Shown piece by piece: positions 37,200 through 51,366 of a DNA stretch of 64,000 bases. The stretch comes from Squalus acanthias. Lineage: Eukaryota. How positions within the stretch are numbered: the first letter of the stretch is position 1; each line of letters opens with the position of its first letter. The notes under the pieces are model-generated. The model did no database searches. It saw only the letters and a program-made list of their open reading frames with translations, and had not been told where the DNA came from. The stretch spans positions 77,748,001-77,812,000 of the forward strand of contig CM059432.1 in assembly GCA_030390025.1 (NCBI GenBank). The letters are read 5' to 3'. Made by a program: the position numbers and the translations under genes.

Positions 37200-40100
37200 A
37201 ATGTCCCAAACTCCTCCATCACAATCCTGTTCCACCGGCAGGATAGGCCCACCAGTCAGGAAGGAGTGGCCCTGGGAGTCCTCAACATTGACTCTGGACC
37301 CCATGAAGTCTCATGGCTTGTGGTCAAGCATGGGCAAGGAAACCTCCTGCTGATTACCACCTACCACCCTGCCTCAGCTGATGAATCAATACTCCTCCAT
37401 GTTGAACACCACTTGGAAGAAGCACTGAGAGTAGCAAGGGCACCGAATGTACTCTGGGTGGGGGACTTCAATGTCCATCACCAAGAGTGGTTCAGTAGCA
37501 CCACTACTGACCGAGCTGGCCAAGTCCTGAAGGATATAGCTGCTAGTCTGGGCCTGCGACAGGTGGTGAGAGAACCAACACGAGGGAAAAACCTACTTGA
37601 CCTCGTCCTCGCCAATCTACCTGTCGCAGATGCATCTGTCCATGACCGCATTGGTAGCAGTGACCACCGCACAGTCATTGTGGAGACAAAGTCCCGTCTT
37701 CACACTGAGGACACCCTTCATCATGTTGTGTGGCACTACCACTGTGCTAAATGGGATAGATTCAGAACAGATCTAGCAGGTCAAAACTGGGTATCCAAGA
37801 GGCGCTGTGAGCCGTCAGCAGCAGCAGAATTGTATTCCACCACAATCTGTAACCTCATGGCCTGGCATATCCCTCATTCTACCATTACCACCAAGCCAGG
37901 GGACCAACTCTGGTTCAATAAGGAGTGTAGAAGAGCATACCAGGAGCAGCACCAGACGTAGCTAAAAATTAGGTGCCAACCTGGGGAAGCTGCAACACAG
38001 AACTACATGCATGCTAAAAAGCAGAAGCAGCATGCTATAGACAGGGCTAAGCGATCACACAATCAACGGATCAGATCAAAGCTCTGCAGTCTTGCCACAT
38101 CCATTCGTGAATGGTGGTGGACCATTAACCAACTAACGGGAGGAGGAGGCTCCATGAATATCCCCATCCTCAATGATGGTGGAGCCCAGCATGTGAGTGC
38201 AAAAAACAAGGCTGAAGCTACAGGCCAGTTAGCCTGACATCTGTTGTTGGGAAAATGCTGGAATCCAATGTTAAGGAAGTGGTATCAGGGCACTTAGAAA
38301 ATCATAACATGATTAGGCAGAGTCAACATGGTTTTATGAAAGGGAAATCGTGTTTGACAAATTTATTAGAGTTTTTTGAGGATGTAACTAGCAGGGTAGA
38401 TAAAGGGGAACCAGTGGATGTAGTATATTTGGATTTCCAAAAGGCATTCGATAAGGTGCCACATAAAAGCTTATTACACAAGATTAGGGCTCATGGGGTT
38501 GGGGGTAATATAGTAGCATGGATAGAGGATTGGTTAACGGACAGAAAACAGAGAGTAGTGATAAACTGATCTTTTTCAGGTTGGCAGGCTGTAACTAGTG
38601 GGGTGCCGCAAGGATGAGTGTTGGGGCCTCAGCTATTTACAATCTATATTAATGGCCTGGATGAAGGGACCGAGTGTAATGTATCCAAGTTTGCTGATGA
38701 TACAAAGCTAAGTGGGACAGTAAGCTGTGAGGAGAACACAGAGTCTGCAAAGGGATATAGATAGACTAAGTGAGTGGGCAGTAAGGTGGCAGATGGAGTA
38801 TAATGTAGGGAAATGTGAAGTTATTCACTTTGGTAGGAAGAATAGAAAAACAGAATATTTTTTAAATGGTGAGAAACATTCAAATGTTGGTGTTCAGAGA
38901 GATTTGGGTGTCCTTGAGCAAGAAACACAGAAAGCTAGCAAGCAATAAGGAAGGCAAATGGCATGTTGGCCTTTATTGCAAGGAAGTTGGAGTATAAAAG
39001 TAAGGAAGTCTTGCTACAATTGTACAGGGCCTTGGTGAGACCACACTTGGAGTACTGTGTATAGTTTTGGTCTCCTTATCTAAGGAAGGATATACTTGTC
39101 TTGGAGGCGGTACAACAAAAGTTCACTAGATTGATTCCTGGGATGAGAGGGCTGTCCTATGATGAGACATTGTGTAGAATGGGCCTATACTCTCTGGAGT
39201 TTAGAAGAATGAGAGGTGATCTCATTGAAACATACAAGATTCTGAAGGGGATTGACAGGGTAGATGCTGTGAGGTTGTTTCCCTTGGCAGGAGTGTCTAG
39301 AACTAGGGGACATAGTCTCAGGATAAGGGGTCAGCCATTTAAGACTGAGATGAGGAGGAATTTCTTCACTCAGAGGGTTGTGAATCTTTGGAATTCTCTG
39401 CCCCAGAGAGCTCTGAATGCTGAGTCTTTGAGTATATCCAAGGCTGAGAGAGATAGATTTTTGGACTCTAGGTGAATCAAGGGATATGGAGGTCGGGTGG
39501 GAAAGTGGAGTTGAGGTCAATGATCAGCCATGATCTTATTGAATGGTGGAGCAGGCTTGAGGGGCCATATGGCCTACTCCTGCTCTTATTTCATATGTTC
39601 ATATGTTTGCTACCATCTTCAGCCAGAAGTGCCGAGTGGAAGATCCATATCGGCCTCCTCCTGTGGTCCCCACCATCACAGAAGCCAGTCTTCAGCCAAT
39701 TCAATTCACTCCATGTGATATCAAGAAACGGCTGAGCGCACTGGATACAGCAAAGGCTATCGTCCCCGACAACATCCCAGCTGTCGTGCTGAAGACTTGT
39801 GCTCCAGAACTAGCCGCGCCTCTAGCCAAGCTGTTCCAGTACAGCTACAACACTGGCATCTATCCGACAATGTGGAAAACTGCCCAGGTATGTCCTGTCC
39901 ACAAAAAGCAGGACAAATCCAATCCGGCCAATTACTGCCCCATCAGTCTACTCTCAATCATCAGCAAAGTGATGGAAGGTGTCGTCGACAGTGCTGTCAA
40001 GCGGCACCTGCTCACTGATGCCCAGTTTAGGTTCCGCCAGGACCACTCAGCTCCAGACCTGGTTGTGGTGGTTGGTGGTCAATCATCACAGCCCCAGAAC

Positions 40101-41105
40101 ATCGCTGCAGGAGTTCCTCAGGGCAGTGTCCTAGACCCAACCATCTTCAGCTGCTTCATCAATGACCTTCCCTCCATCATAAGTTCAAAAATGGGGATGT
40201 TCGCTGATGACTGCACAGTGTTCAATGCCATTCGCAACTCCTCAGATAATGAAGCAATCCATGCCCGCATGCAACAAGACCTTGACGACATTCAGGCTTG
40301 GGCTGACAAGTGGCGGGCAACATTCACGCCACACAAGTGCCAGGCAATGACTATCCCCAACAAGCGAGAGTCTAACCACCGCCCCTTGACATTCAACGGC
40401 ATTACCATCGCCAAATTCTCCACCATCAACATCCTGGGGGTCACCATTGACCAGAAACTTAACTGGACCAGCCACATAAATACTGTGGCAACAAGATTAG
40501 GTCAGAGGCTAGGTATTCTGCGGCGAGTGTCTCACCTCCTGACTCCCCAAAGCCTTTCCACCATCTGCAAGGCACAAGTCAGGAGTCTGATGGAATACTC
40601 TACACTTGCCTGGATGAGTGCGGCTCCAACAACACTCAAGAAGTCAACACCATCTACAACAAAGCAGCCCGCTTGATTGACATCTCATCCACCACCTTAA
40701 ACATTCACTCCCTCCACCACCGGCATACCATGGCTGCAGTGTGTACCATCTACAAGATGCACTGCAGCAACTCGCCAAGGCTCCTTCGGCACCACCTCCC
40801 AAGCCCGCGACCTCTACCACCTAGAAGGACAAGGGTAGCAGGTGCATGGGAACACCATCACCTCCAAGTTCCCCCTCCAAGTCACACACTATCCTGACTT
40901 GGAAGTATATCGCTGTTCCTTCATCGTCGCTGGGTCAAAATCCTGGCACTCCCTCCCTAACAGCACTGTGGGAGTACCTTCACCACACGGACTACAGCGG
41001 TTCAAGAAGGCGGCTCACCACCACCTTCTCAAGGGCAATTAGGGATGGGCAATAAATACTGGCCTTGCCAGCGACGCCCAGATCCCATGAACGAATTTTA
41101 AAAAA
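37200..41105 (+). mobile_element. LINE ORF2 (APE-RT), second CR1-clade family, split by a CR1 insertion
   Basis: Endonuclease motifs VGDFNVHH, PTRGKNLLDLVL, SDH (37266-37961). RT motifs GVPQGSVL, MFADD (39603-40676), with an internal deletion near 40060. A-rich end at ~41100. Confidence 0.92.
38218..39605 (+). mobile_element. CR1 (HER1-like) 3' part, nested
   Basis: SQHGFMKGKSCLTNLLEFF and YLDFQKAFDKV motifs; tail ATATGTTCATATGTT; near-identical family to 18890-20275. Confidence 0.93.
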
Positions 41106-42357
41106 AAAGGCAGATTTCACCACTTCACTTTTTTAAATTGAATGGAGAAAGTTAAGGTGATATATAAGCACTCACCATTCTGCTACCATCCATTCATTTT
41201 TTCAAACTTAGAGGTCACGATTAGCTTCCTGAGGTAGATACTGCGTGCTATTCAACACAATGTGAACCAGATTATAGTTTTATGTTTAATCTGCCTGTAG
41301 ATAGACTATTGCAAAGGTTAGGAACTATACATTGTGGTACAATTTGAATCCATGCTTATCATCTAACGGTGCATTTTCTTTGTTATGGTGGTAACAGTGA
41401 AGCACTGAAATCAACAGGAAATATTCCGTTACCATAATGCTTATTACAATGGGAATAATTATGATGCCAAATTATGTATCTTAATGAGAGTGCTTTAATT
41501 GACGACTTACCGGCTGCTAAGTACTCCTGCAGACAGAACCGGGAAGTGATTCCATTATTGATCTTGTGTGGATAATGAGGCATCAGAAGCAGAAAGGACA
41601 CCCCAACTGCTACCATCATGAATAAACGTGTAAACCATGTGGCTGCCAGGTCTTCAGCGCCATTATTTTTCCGTTTAAGTGACAGTGACGTGAAGACTGG
41701 ATTAAATGCAGCAAATTCGCGATCGCCATTGATTTTAATGGAGATGAGCTATTATAAATACATCTACGTGTTTTCGGCAATGGGTAACGGCGGAGCAGTG
41801 CAAATGTCCTGGGAGATTGTGGCGTAGTATAGGCAATGACATAAATCAGTGTCGCCATTATTTCCTGGAACTTCTGCGCTAGGAGAATGGTATACGCCAT
41901 GATTTCAGCAAATTTCAGGCCAGCATGAGCCTAACTATTTTAAGAGCAAAGAACCAGGGGCAGTCGTACTAATACATTAAGGTATGATCATAAGGTTCCT
42001 GCTTGGGAACATTCAAGGAATAAGTATCTCTGATTTTCCATACCTGGGGTATGTAAAGTTCTGCCAAATGAAGGATATTTTCCATGGAAGAGGTTGTTTA
42101 CAGCAGTCCACGGTGCATTTTCTAAAGTATCTTGTGCCCTAATAACTGCAGAATGTTTCAGCTACTCAGTATTTAAAAATAACTAGATATTATAAGCTTC
42201 GCTCCAAAAAAATTGTTCTCAACCCTTTAAACTCTGGCCCCAACTCTTCTTACATGCTCAATACCTGTTTCTGTTTTGAAGTGGGATTCTCAGGTGTTTT
42301 TTTTGCATTGGTGAGAACTGAATAATCATCTTGTTATTTTTAAAACATCATTAATAG

Positions 42358-42479
42358 ATTTTCCATGGCTTTGGAGAAGCCGCTCAAAATTTAGCAGAGT
42401 CGGAGGATGGTGCAGTTGCTTCCCTGGCTGACATAGGCTGGATTGTAAGTGATCAGGGGGAGTCATTTACCAAGTTCAG
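42358..42479 (+). CDS. MTFR1: MTFR1 coding exon 3 (122 nt)
   Basis: Translates IFHGFGEAAQNLAESEDGAVASLADIGWIVSDQGESFTKF(R), containing the VASxADxGW motif. Acceptor taatag; donor AG|gtatgt. Confidence 0.9.
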
Positions 42480-42777
42480 GTATGTTTTATCATCTTTCCA
42501 TTGCTAAAAACTTGCAGTATGTAGTATATTTTTTTGATGTTGCCGATCCAGTACCCAACCCGGTTATGAACTCTGCAATGCTTCAGATAAGTCTTCAACA
42601 ATAAGGTTGTACAGCAGACACCACTGAAATGTAGCACCAAACTTAGTAATATATTTGTTCGTCAATTTACAATGCTTGGCATGTTAGTTTACGTTTACTA
42701 TATAAACTTGCCATCAAACAGACACTAATTCCTGGCACTGTTAAACTAACCGTAATGTAAATGAGCTGTCCGGATGA

Positions 42778-43348
42778 GAAAATTACAAATGCCTTCAGAC
42801 CAGACAATTCCAATGCTCTCCTAGCCGGTCTCCCATCCTCTACTCTCCATATATTTGAGCTCATCCAGAACTCTGCTGCCCATATTCTAACCCGCACCAA
42901 ATCCCGTTCACCCATCACTCCTGTGTTCACTGACCTACATTGGCTCCTGGTCCACCAATGCCTCAAATTTAAAATTCTCATCCTTGTGTTCAAATCCAGT
43001 CATGTCCTTGCCCTTTCCTATCTCTCTAACCTCCTCAGCCCTACAACCTTCCAAGACTTCTGCATTTGTCCAATTTTGGCCTCTTATGCATCCCCCACTC
43101 TCTGCACCCTACTGTTGGTGACCATGCCTTCAGCCGTCTAGGCCTTAATCTTTGGAATTTTGTCCCTAAACCTCGCTGCCTCCACCTCTTTCCAACGTTA
43201 AGACCCTCCTTAAAACCTACCTTTTGGCCAAGCTTTTAGTTGCCCCTCCTAATACATCCTCTTCTCTGATTATACTTCTGTGAAGTGCCTTGGGACTTTT
43301 TCTTTTCTTATGTTAAAGGTGCTATATAAATGCAAGTTTTTGTTGTCT
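42778..43348 (+). mobile_element. L2-like LINE 3' fragment
   Basis: NALLAGLP..LIQNSAAHIL..SPITPV..LHWL and an L2-type tail. Confidence 0.85.
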
Positions 43349-46122
43349 ATTGAACTTATCGTATGCCTTCATAAGATCTCACTCCAGTATTCGAATGCAA
43401 TAGAACATCACATCAAACCTTGTTTTAAGCTTAAAATACAAAATTAATTTATTTTACGAAAGATAAATAAGCACATAAAGTCATATATAGCTGTGCACTT
43501 TTAGTACATAACCTTACACCTATTACTCAAGTAGGCAATATAATATTACAACTCTCAGAACTAAGCTAATCTTTTGTAAATACATTTAAAAATACTTTTT
43601 TTTTCTTTTTCATTAAGGAATATCAAACTGGCAGGTTTTTTCTCAGATTAGGGGGGGTGTATTTGCTGAGGCTGTGAATTACTTGGGCTAATAATCCTTA
43701 ATGCTAAGTGCAAAAACTGGAGAAACATTCTATTCCCAATACACTTTTATTTGGTAGAGCAATGTATGGAGGACAAAAGTTGAGCTATTATCAATTTTGA
43801 AGTAATAATGGTGCAGACAGATTCTTATTTAAACTAGTACAGATCATACAATTTACTCTTTCACAATGTCGGCTTTTTAAGTTTAAAACAGTTAGAAGGT
43901 TGACAATATCTTGGTAGTTTTGGTTGAATCTGATTTCCACTAATTTGCAGTCTCAGCCCTGTTGTTGGCCCAGACAGAATAGTACATGTCTCTAATCCAT
44001 TGATGCACCTCAATTCAATCTATTTCAGTACTTTGTCACAATCTGGGTTTTTTTAATTGAGCTCATAAATATCCATCAAGTGTTTTGCAGTATACCGGAG
44101 TAAAAAAAAATCTTCAAACAAATTCAAAAATATAAGATGATTTATGAATATATCAACTAGTTACTTTTCTAATCCAGTACGTTTATTTCACATTTATTTG
44201 GCAAGCATTGTCCCTTTACAATTTGGTAGAATCCTATTTCTTTCAGCAAGTAATTTCCCTTCCTTTTCACACTGACTTTGTGAATTTTCAGCATGCCATC
44301 TTCTGTTTACATTTTACAGTTCTCCTGTTCAATCTTTTACTAATATCTTTATAATTAATGCACATTTCTACAATTGGGGTTAGGAAATAGAGTTGGTGAA
44401 ACAAATTGCGCAACACTTAGACTTTATGTACTTGTACAGGACCTATGAACAAATATTTTAAATAGGTGTTTCCAGTTTTGGAAAGACTGTGCCATTGTAC
44501 TCTCTAAATTGCAGTGATGTGCACATTTTGTCATGACCTCTGCCCATGTTGGTGCTTGAAATTAGGATGACTCACAGCATTGGTACATGTTTATGAAGGC
44601 ATCCACATAGCAAAGATTTTAGTTGAATCTTCACAAACTGAATTTTGTACCAGTGAAAAAGTCAGCACGTTTGTGCTCCAGGAACAGAGCCTCATTGGAT
44701 AGGCCTATAATTTTATAGCCTGGATTCTCCAACCCACTCTCCCATCTAGGGAATCTGCTTTAGGAGCACCACTTTGCTGCATTTGTCACTCTATTCCTTT
44801 CAGTTATAGCATAACTAAAATGCTGCTCTAATTTTCTATTTGCATATTGGTTTTCTCTCTCGCTCTTTTCTCCCTGTGCTATTGCATGTCAGAGGAAATG
44901 CAACCTTGTTACTGCCATTACTAGCCACCAGATGGTACACAAAGAACACATTAACTGCCCTTCTCTACCCTGATGGCCTGGCTGAAATTGAAAGCTCATA
45001 ATATGTGGGACTTGCATCCTACTATATCTGGCACAGAAAATTTCAATTGCACAGATTGAGCAGTAGAGTAGGGTAACACACTGGTCTTTCATGTTCAGGA
45101 CTTGAGTTCGAATGCAAGCTGGACTGATAGAATGAAGGTCTCCTTCCTGTTCTGGCAATGAGGGTCCTATGTACATTGAGTTTGACCAGATTCAATCCAG
45201 TGGGCACAGCCCCATACCACAGTAATTCAGCTCAAGTTGGCAATTTCACTCCGAGATCATAAGAATGAGTCGGCGGATAATGAAAAATTCATGCTGATCT
45301 GTTTCTTGAACTAAGTTCTTACGACAATTGTACCATGATACTATGATGAAATTAATTTTTGAAACTTGTTTAGGCATTCCATAAAAACACTTCTAACGAG
45401 GTGTGTTTATATTCATCTATTATACTAGAAGATCTCCTGTGGCATTGTTCATGGTGTGTTGGAGGACACGCTGTTTTATAATAATACACTTGAGGTGCTA
45501 TTAACAATGTGAAATGGGAAAGATGGTACAGGAACTAAGTGTGATACTTGTAGGAAGAGCGTTATACTCAAGACTTTTAATATATAAACTTTGTTCAGGT
45601 GATCACTTTGTACAAGTTGTTACTGAGAAATTATTTAAAATATATCTTTTAACTTGAATGAGTATTGCGTTACAAATGTTATTTAGGTAAAGCCTACATA
45701 TACCCAATTCAATTATGTTTTTAAACAACATGCTAGTACGTCAGTATTGTGGTGTCCTGAGATTTAGTTGTGTACTCTCGGCCAATTACTAAACTACAGT
45801 TCTGTAAAGTTATGTTACACAAAATCTACAAGGAGTATGTTTTCATTTTTTATTTTGGTAGACTTTGACATTTAGTTATCCTGCCTTCATGCTAATCCTT
45901 GATGTTCACAACTACTTGCAAAAGAAGCATTTTTTTATTTTCTTTTCTTTAAATACATAATTGAACAGTGCTGCCTAAGAATTGAACCTGTAAAGCAATA
46001 AGTATCTTTTTCACCATCCAAATATATGGGAGTTTGTACCTGTGTAAATGTTCCCTTTTGGCATTCCAATTAAATTGCCTATTTTTTTTCTTGCAGTATC
46101 ACTTTTTTCTTTGCACTCACAG

Positions 46123-46364
46123 ATCCGAGATTCGTCCTGAATGTGCTGACCTCTCTGAGCATCAGGTTCCATCTTTTGGAAGACCCATCAGCAGGCAAGC
46201 TTCCTTGCCAAATTTGAGGAATTGTAAAACGGAACCTGCAACTCCCACAATTGCCAGTGATGCAGCACTGGAAAAAATCAACGTATTGGAGAATGAACTT
46301 GCTAAGTTACGGGAACAGATTGCCATGATTGTGACTATACAAGAACAAAGCAGTCTCTTGGCAG
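46123..46364 (+). CDS. MTFR1: MTFR1 coding exon 4 (242 nt)
   Basis: Translates SEIRPEC...SRQASLPNL...AALEKINVLENELAKLREQIAMIVTIQEQ (coiled coil). Acceptor ctcacag; donor G|gtatat; phases fit. Confidence 0.93.
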
Positions 46365-47389
46365 GTATATACAATATTTATGTTTAGATGGTTGCCATTT
46401 AAATTCTTGTAGGCTTCATTGTTTCAAACTCTTCTATTGATCAGGCTGGCGCTGTTGCTGAATTCTTTGCTCTCTGAGTGACCATAAACAATGAGTGACT
46501 CAATCTACTTGTACCTACTTATGCGATGGGTAGTGACAGCCCTGATATTGATCATATTGCAAGTTCCGGGGATGTAAGTCAGCTTGCTGGGGCAGCCTTT
46601 GAGAATTATTTGCTGTCATTCCTATGTTGAACTGCTTTGTTATCTATGCAGTACAAAGACAGATTTGCACATGCGTAATCCATTATCATGTTGTTCAGCA
46701 ACCTCTCATCGCTTCACAAACAATGAATTACTTTGCGCTGTTGTTATTTCGGCAAATATGGTAGCATTTGTGCATAGAAAGATTACACAAACAACAATGA
46801 GGTGGATTCCCAATGAATCTGCTCTTGGTTTGAGGGAGGAATGTTGGTTAGGACATCTTGTAACCTGGGATCGTTGGCACCCATTTGAACCATTGAAAGA
46901 GGCAGATGGGACCTTGTTGTTTGTCTCATGTAAGAAGTGTCAGCTATCTTTCTACCCCTCGGTATCTGCTCTTTCTGGTCCCTTGCCAATGCCTTCCTTA
47001 TAATTGTGTGAATCTTCCTTTTCTGTTCCACTGGTGTATTTGTTAGCTCCCTAAATTTAAAAAAAACGGACTTCCTTTCTCCTTGATACCTGAAGCAACA
47101 AGTAGTAGAACAGAGTCATGGCAAACAAGGCATAAAGTACAATCCAGCAGAGCAACACAGTCCTGATGGAAGAGGAGTTCAGAAGTTGGAAAAATTTAAT
47201 ATGAGCAGAGATCCAGCCTTTGTAAAGAGCATCGTAAAAACATGGAATAAGTGGAGTTGGGGGATGAGAAATGTGCTCTGTACAGATACCTTTAAACTTG
47301 TAGCTTGAAGTTGAAAATTGAGCTAAAATGCACCCACTATTGGGGGCAGGGGATCTTGAGCAGTGTCAGAGGGGATACTGCAAAAACAA

Positions 47390-48172
47390 CTAGAGCAGCA
47401 ACTTGTATTTATACAGTGGCTTTAACGTAGTAAAACGTCCCAAGGTGCTTCACAGGAGCGTTATAAAACAAAATTTGACACAGCCACATGAGATATTGGG
47501 GCAGATGACCAAAAGCTTGGTGAAAGAGGTAGGTTTTAAGGAGCGTCTTAAAGGAGGTAGAGAGGTTTAGGGTAGCTGAAGGCATGGCCACCAATGGTTG
47601 AGTGATTAAAATCAGGGATGCTCAAGGGGCCAGAATTAGAAGAGCGCAGATATCTCCTTTGGGGGGGGGGGGGGGATACGGGCAGCCGAGTTTTGGATGA
47701 TCTCAAGTTTATGCAGGGTAGCATGTGGGAGGCCAGCCAGGAGTGCGTTGGAATAGTCAAGTCTCGAGGTAACAAAGGCATGGATGAGGTTTTCAACAGC
47801 AGATGAGCTGAGGCAGGGGCGGAGTCGGGCGATGTTACGGAGGTGGAAATAAGCGGTCTTAGTTATGGTGCGGATATGTCGCCGGAAGCTGATTTCAGGG
47901 TCAAATATGACACCAAGGTTGCGAACACCCTGGTTCAGCCTCGGACAGATGCTAGGGAGAGGGATGGAGTTGGTGGCTAGGGAACGGAGTTTGTGGCGGG
48001 GACCGAAGAGAATGGCTTCGGTCTTCCCAATATGTAGTTGGAGGAAATTTCTGCTCATCCGGTACTGGATGCCGAACAAGCAGTCCGACAATTTGGAGAC
48101 AGTGGAGGGGTCGAGAGAAGTGGTGGTGAGGAGCAGCTGGGTGTCGCCAGTGTACATGTGGAAACTGACTGT
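47390..48172 (-). mobile_element. L2-like LINE 3' part with internal deletions
   Basis: SFHMY..DTQL, NFLQL.IGKTE, AFVTSRLDYSNALLAGLP. Confidence 0.9.
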
Positions 48173-48678
48173 GACAGTCTGGTGAACCTTTGTTGCACTC
48201 CCTCTATGGCAAGTATATCCTTCCTTAGGTAAGGAGACCAAAACTGTACACAATATTGCAGGTGTGGTCTCACCAGGGCCCTATATAATTGCAGTAAGAC
48301 GTCTTTACTCTTATACTCAAATCCTCTTGTAATAATGGCCAACATACCATTTGCTTGCTGTATCTGCATATTAACTTTCAGCGATTTGTGTACAAGGACA
48401 CCCGGGTCCCTCTGAACACTAACATTTCCCTATCTCTCACCATTTAAAAAATACTCTGCTGTTCTATTTTTCCTGCCAAAGTGGATAACTTCATATTTCT
48501 CCACATTATATTCCATTTGCCATGTTCTTGCACACTCGCTTAACCTGTCTATATCCCCTTGCAGCCTCTTTGCATCCTCCTCACAACTTACATTCCCACC
48601 CAGCTTTGTATCATCAGCACAGACTTGATGGGCCGAATGGCCTCCTTCTGTGCTGTAACCATTCTATGATTCTATGTT
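48172..48678 (-). mobile_element. CR1 internal fragment, followed by a short plus-strand CR1 tail
   Basis: LYRALVRPHLQYCVQFWSPY on the minus strand. 48620-48678 is a plus-strand tail ending ATTCTATGATTCTATG. Confidence 0.85.
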
Positions 48679-48769
48679 TCCTACCTTAGTGAGTTAATGT
48701 AGGTTAAACTGGTTAATGCCTGTAGTTTAAATAGTGGACAGAAAAATGCCTCATGAATGCCCAAGTGTC

Positions 48770-49165
48770 AGGTGTGCTCGGTGGTAATGCTCACTTCTAG
48801 GGCATAGGTTGTGCCACTCCAGGACTTGAGCACGTAATCTAAAATGACATTTTGGTGCAGCTTTGAGGGAATGTTGTATGTCAGAAATGGTGTCTTTCAG
48901 ATGAGATGTTAAACTGAGGTCCTGTCTGCCCGTTTCGATGGTTCATTCGCCACACAAGATCCCAAGAGACTATTCGAAGAAAAGCAGTGTCCTGGCCAAC
49001 ATTCTCTACTCAATCAACAGTACCAGAAATAATTAATTGGTCACTTAGCTATTTGCTGTTTGTGGGATCTTCCCTTAACTGCTGCATTTGCCTATATAAC
49101 AGTGACACAGTTCAGAAGTAATTGGAATGTTTAGGAACATTCAGAACATAACATGCTATAAGTGC
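48770..49165 (+). mobile_element. Old Deu-domain SINE
   Basis: Degenerate homologue of 29938-30415. Confidence 0.7.
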
Positions 49166-49279
49166 TAATTTGATTTTTAAAGCGTAAATAAGTCCACATC
49201 TTCTAGTAGACAACCCAGTTGTATATCATTGGTGACAACAGTGGCACATTTATATGCAAAGTAAAGCTTCTTTGACATT

Positions 49280-50014
49280 GGCCCAAAAATTGCTGTCACA
49301 ATAACAATGAGGCTAATAGCGCTCCACATTATTTATGTGCAAAGCATAGCAACTTCAGGCAAGGGCAGATGCGCAATTAAACGTGGAAATCAAAAAGTTG
49401 CTGTTCAAGATGCGCTGCTCTGCCGTTAGCTTCGCAAAAACAGCATCTCGCTGTCTGGCTCCCCATTCAAATGCATCGAGTGGTGTGAAGTTCCTGTACT
49501 TGCATTGTAGATAGGAACTAAACTCGCCACAAAGTTAGGGCTTGTCCATTTCAGTCTAAGTACGCTTTTAACACCGTGATAAGTGTTAATTGCTGCCAGT
49601 CAACCTGAAAATTAACTATTACAAGTGTAGCATCTCATTCCTTCAGGTTTTAATTGTTTCTGAAGATTTAAAGAAAAAGAAAAAACTTTAGTTTTCCTTT
49701 CTGTCTCTCTTAATCCAATCTTTCTTTCCCTCTCTATTTCTCTTTCTGTACCTAATTTGACATTGAATTCACTGTTCTAATTTACACTTTCTTGTTCAGA
49801 CCTTGTGCTGTTCATTTCACAATCCTTCATTCTGGTTAAGGAGATACAGTTGCTTGCCTTGTTCACTCAGATTCCCTGTAGATGGTGCTGCACCGTTTCC
49901 ATCTCTCACTTCCAGCAACTTGCAGGGCAAAATATCATCGACTTTAAATGGGTAAGGGCAAGTATAATTAACAGCGGGTGCCATTTGTTGGCTTGCCACA
50001 GCAAATTTTGGGCC
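49280..50014. mobile_element. Non-autonomous DNA element with GGCCCAAAA termini
   Basis: TTGGCCCAAAAATTGCTGT versus ACAGCAAATTTTGGGCCAA (18/19 inverted match). Confidence 0.75.
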
Positions 50015-50353
50015 AATATATCTACCCTAACTCAGGAGCTACTCCTACTTTAACATTATGATGGATTCCATTTTGTAACCAGCCATGCTGTATACTCATT
50101 GAGTGAGATTATCAATTAATGTTGAATTTTTGGGAAGTTTTGTGTTATGAGCGTGTAGATTGACACTACCGAAACTTATTTCATGTGGAATCCTTGCAAG
50201 ACAGAGAAGGTGTTTGTCCCAGCCGTCTTGCTGGATTTGAATCCAGATCCAGAGCTGAAAAGCTAATCCATTGTGCCACCTAATCTCCAAACTCATATTT
50301 ACTGCATTGAATGCTCTTGCTTTCCCCTTGCTTCGTTTTTCTTCCACAGCTTA

Positions 50354-50803
50354 GTGTCAGCTGTGGCTCAGTTGGTAGCGCACTCGCCTCTGAGTCAGAA
50401 GGGACTTGAGCACATAAAGCTAGGCTGACACTCCAGTGCAGTGCTGAGGGAGTGCTGCATTGTTGGAGGTGCCGTCTTTCAGATGAGACATTAAACCGAG
50501 GCCCCGTCTGCGCTCTCATGTCGACGTAAAAGATCCCATGGCACTATTTCGAAGAAGAGTAGGGGAGTTATCCCCGGTGTCCTGGCCAATATTTCTCACT
50601 CAACCAACATAACAAAAACAGATTATCTGGTCATTATCACATTGCTGTTTGTTGGACCTTGCTGTGCGCAAATTGGCTGCCACGTTTCCCACATTGCAAC
50701 AGTGACTCCACTTCAAAAGTACTTCATTGGCTGTAAAGCGCTTTGAGACGTCCGGTGGTCGTGAAAGGTGCTATATAAATGCAAGTCTTTCTTTTCTTTC
50801 TTT
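50354..50803 (+). mobile_element. Deu-domain SINE lacking the B box
   Basis: Highly similar to 29938-30415, with a deletion after GAGTCAGAAGG. Confidence 0.85.
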
Positions 50804-51009
50804 CATCCCTCACAAAGTAGCTGAATATTACAATTAAAACAATCTAACTTGCAATAGAATTCAGAAGCCATGGCCTTTTACAAGATTATTGAACTTTGTA
50901 AGTTTATTATATGAATAAGAAGAAATGTGGTACCTGGAGAAGTAATACGTCACTGTATGTATAGTTGTATAATAAATACGCAGAAAATTTATTTTCTGGA
51001 TATGATTGA

Positions 51010-51366
<357 letters not shown>

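Noticed and set aside
45050-45180. Old tRNA-headed SINE remnants (also ~50190-50280 and ~54905-55085)
   Set aside because: B-box-like motifs are present, but the sequence is too degenerate to delimit or name.
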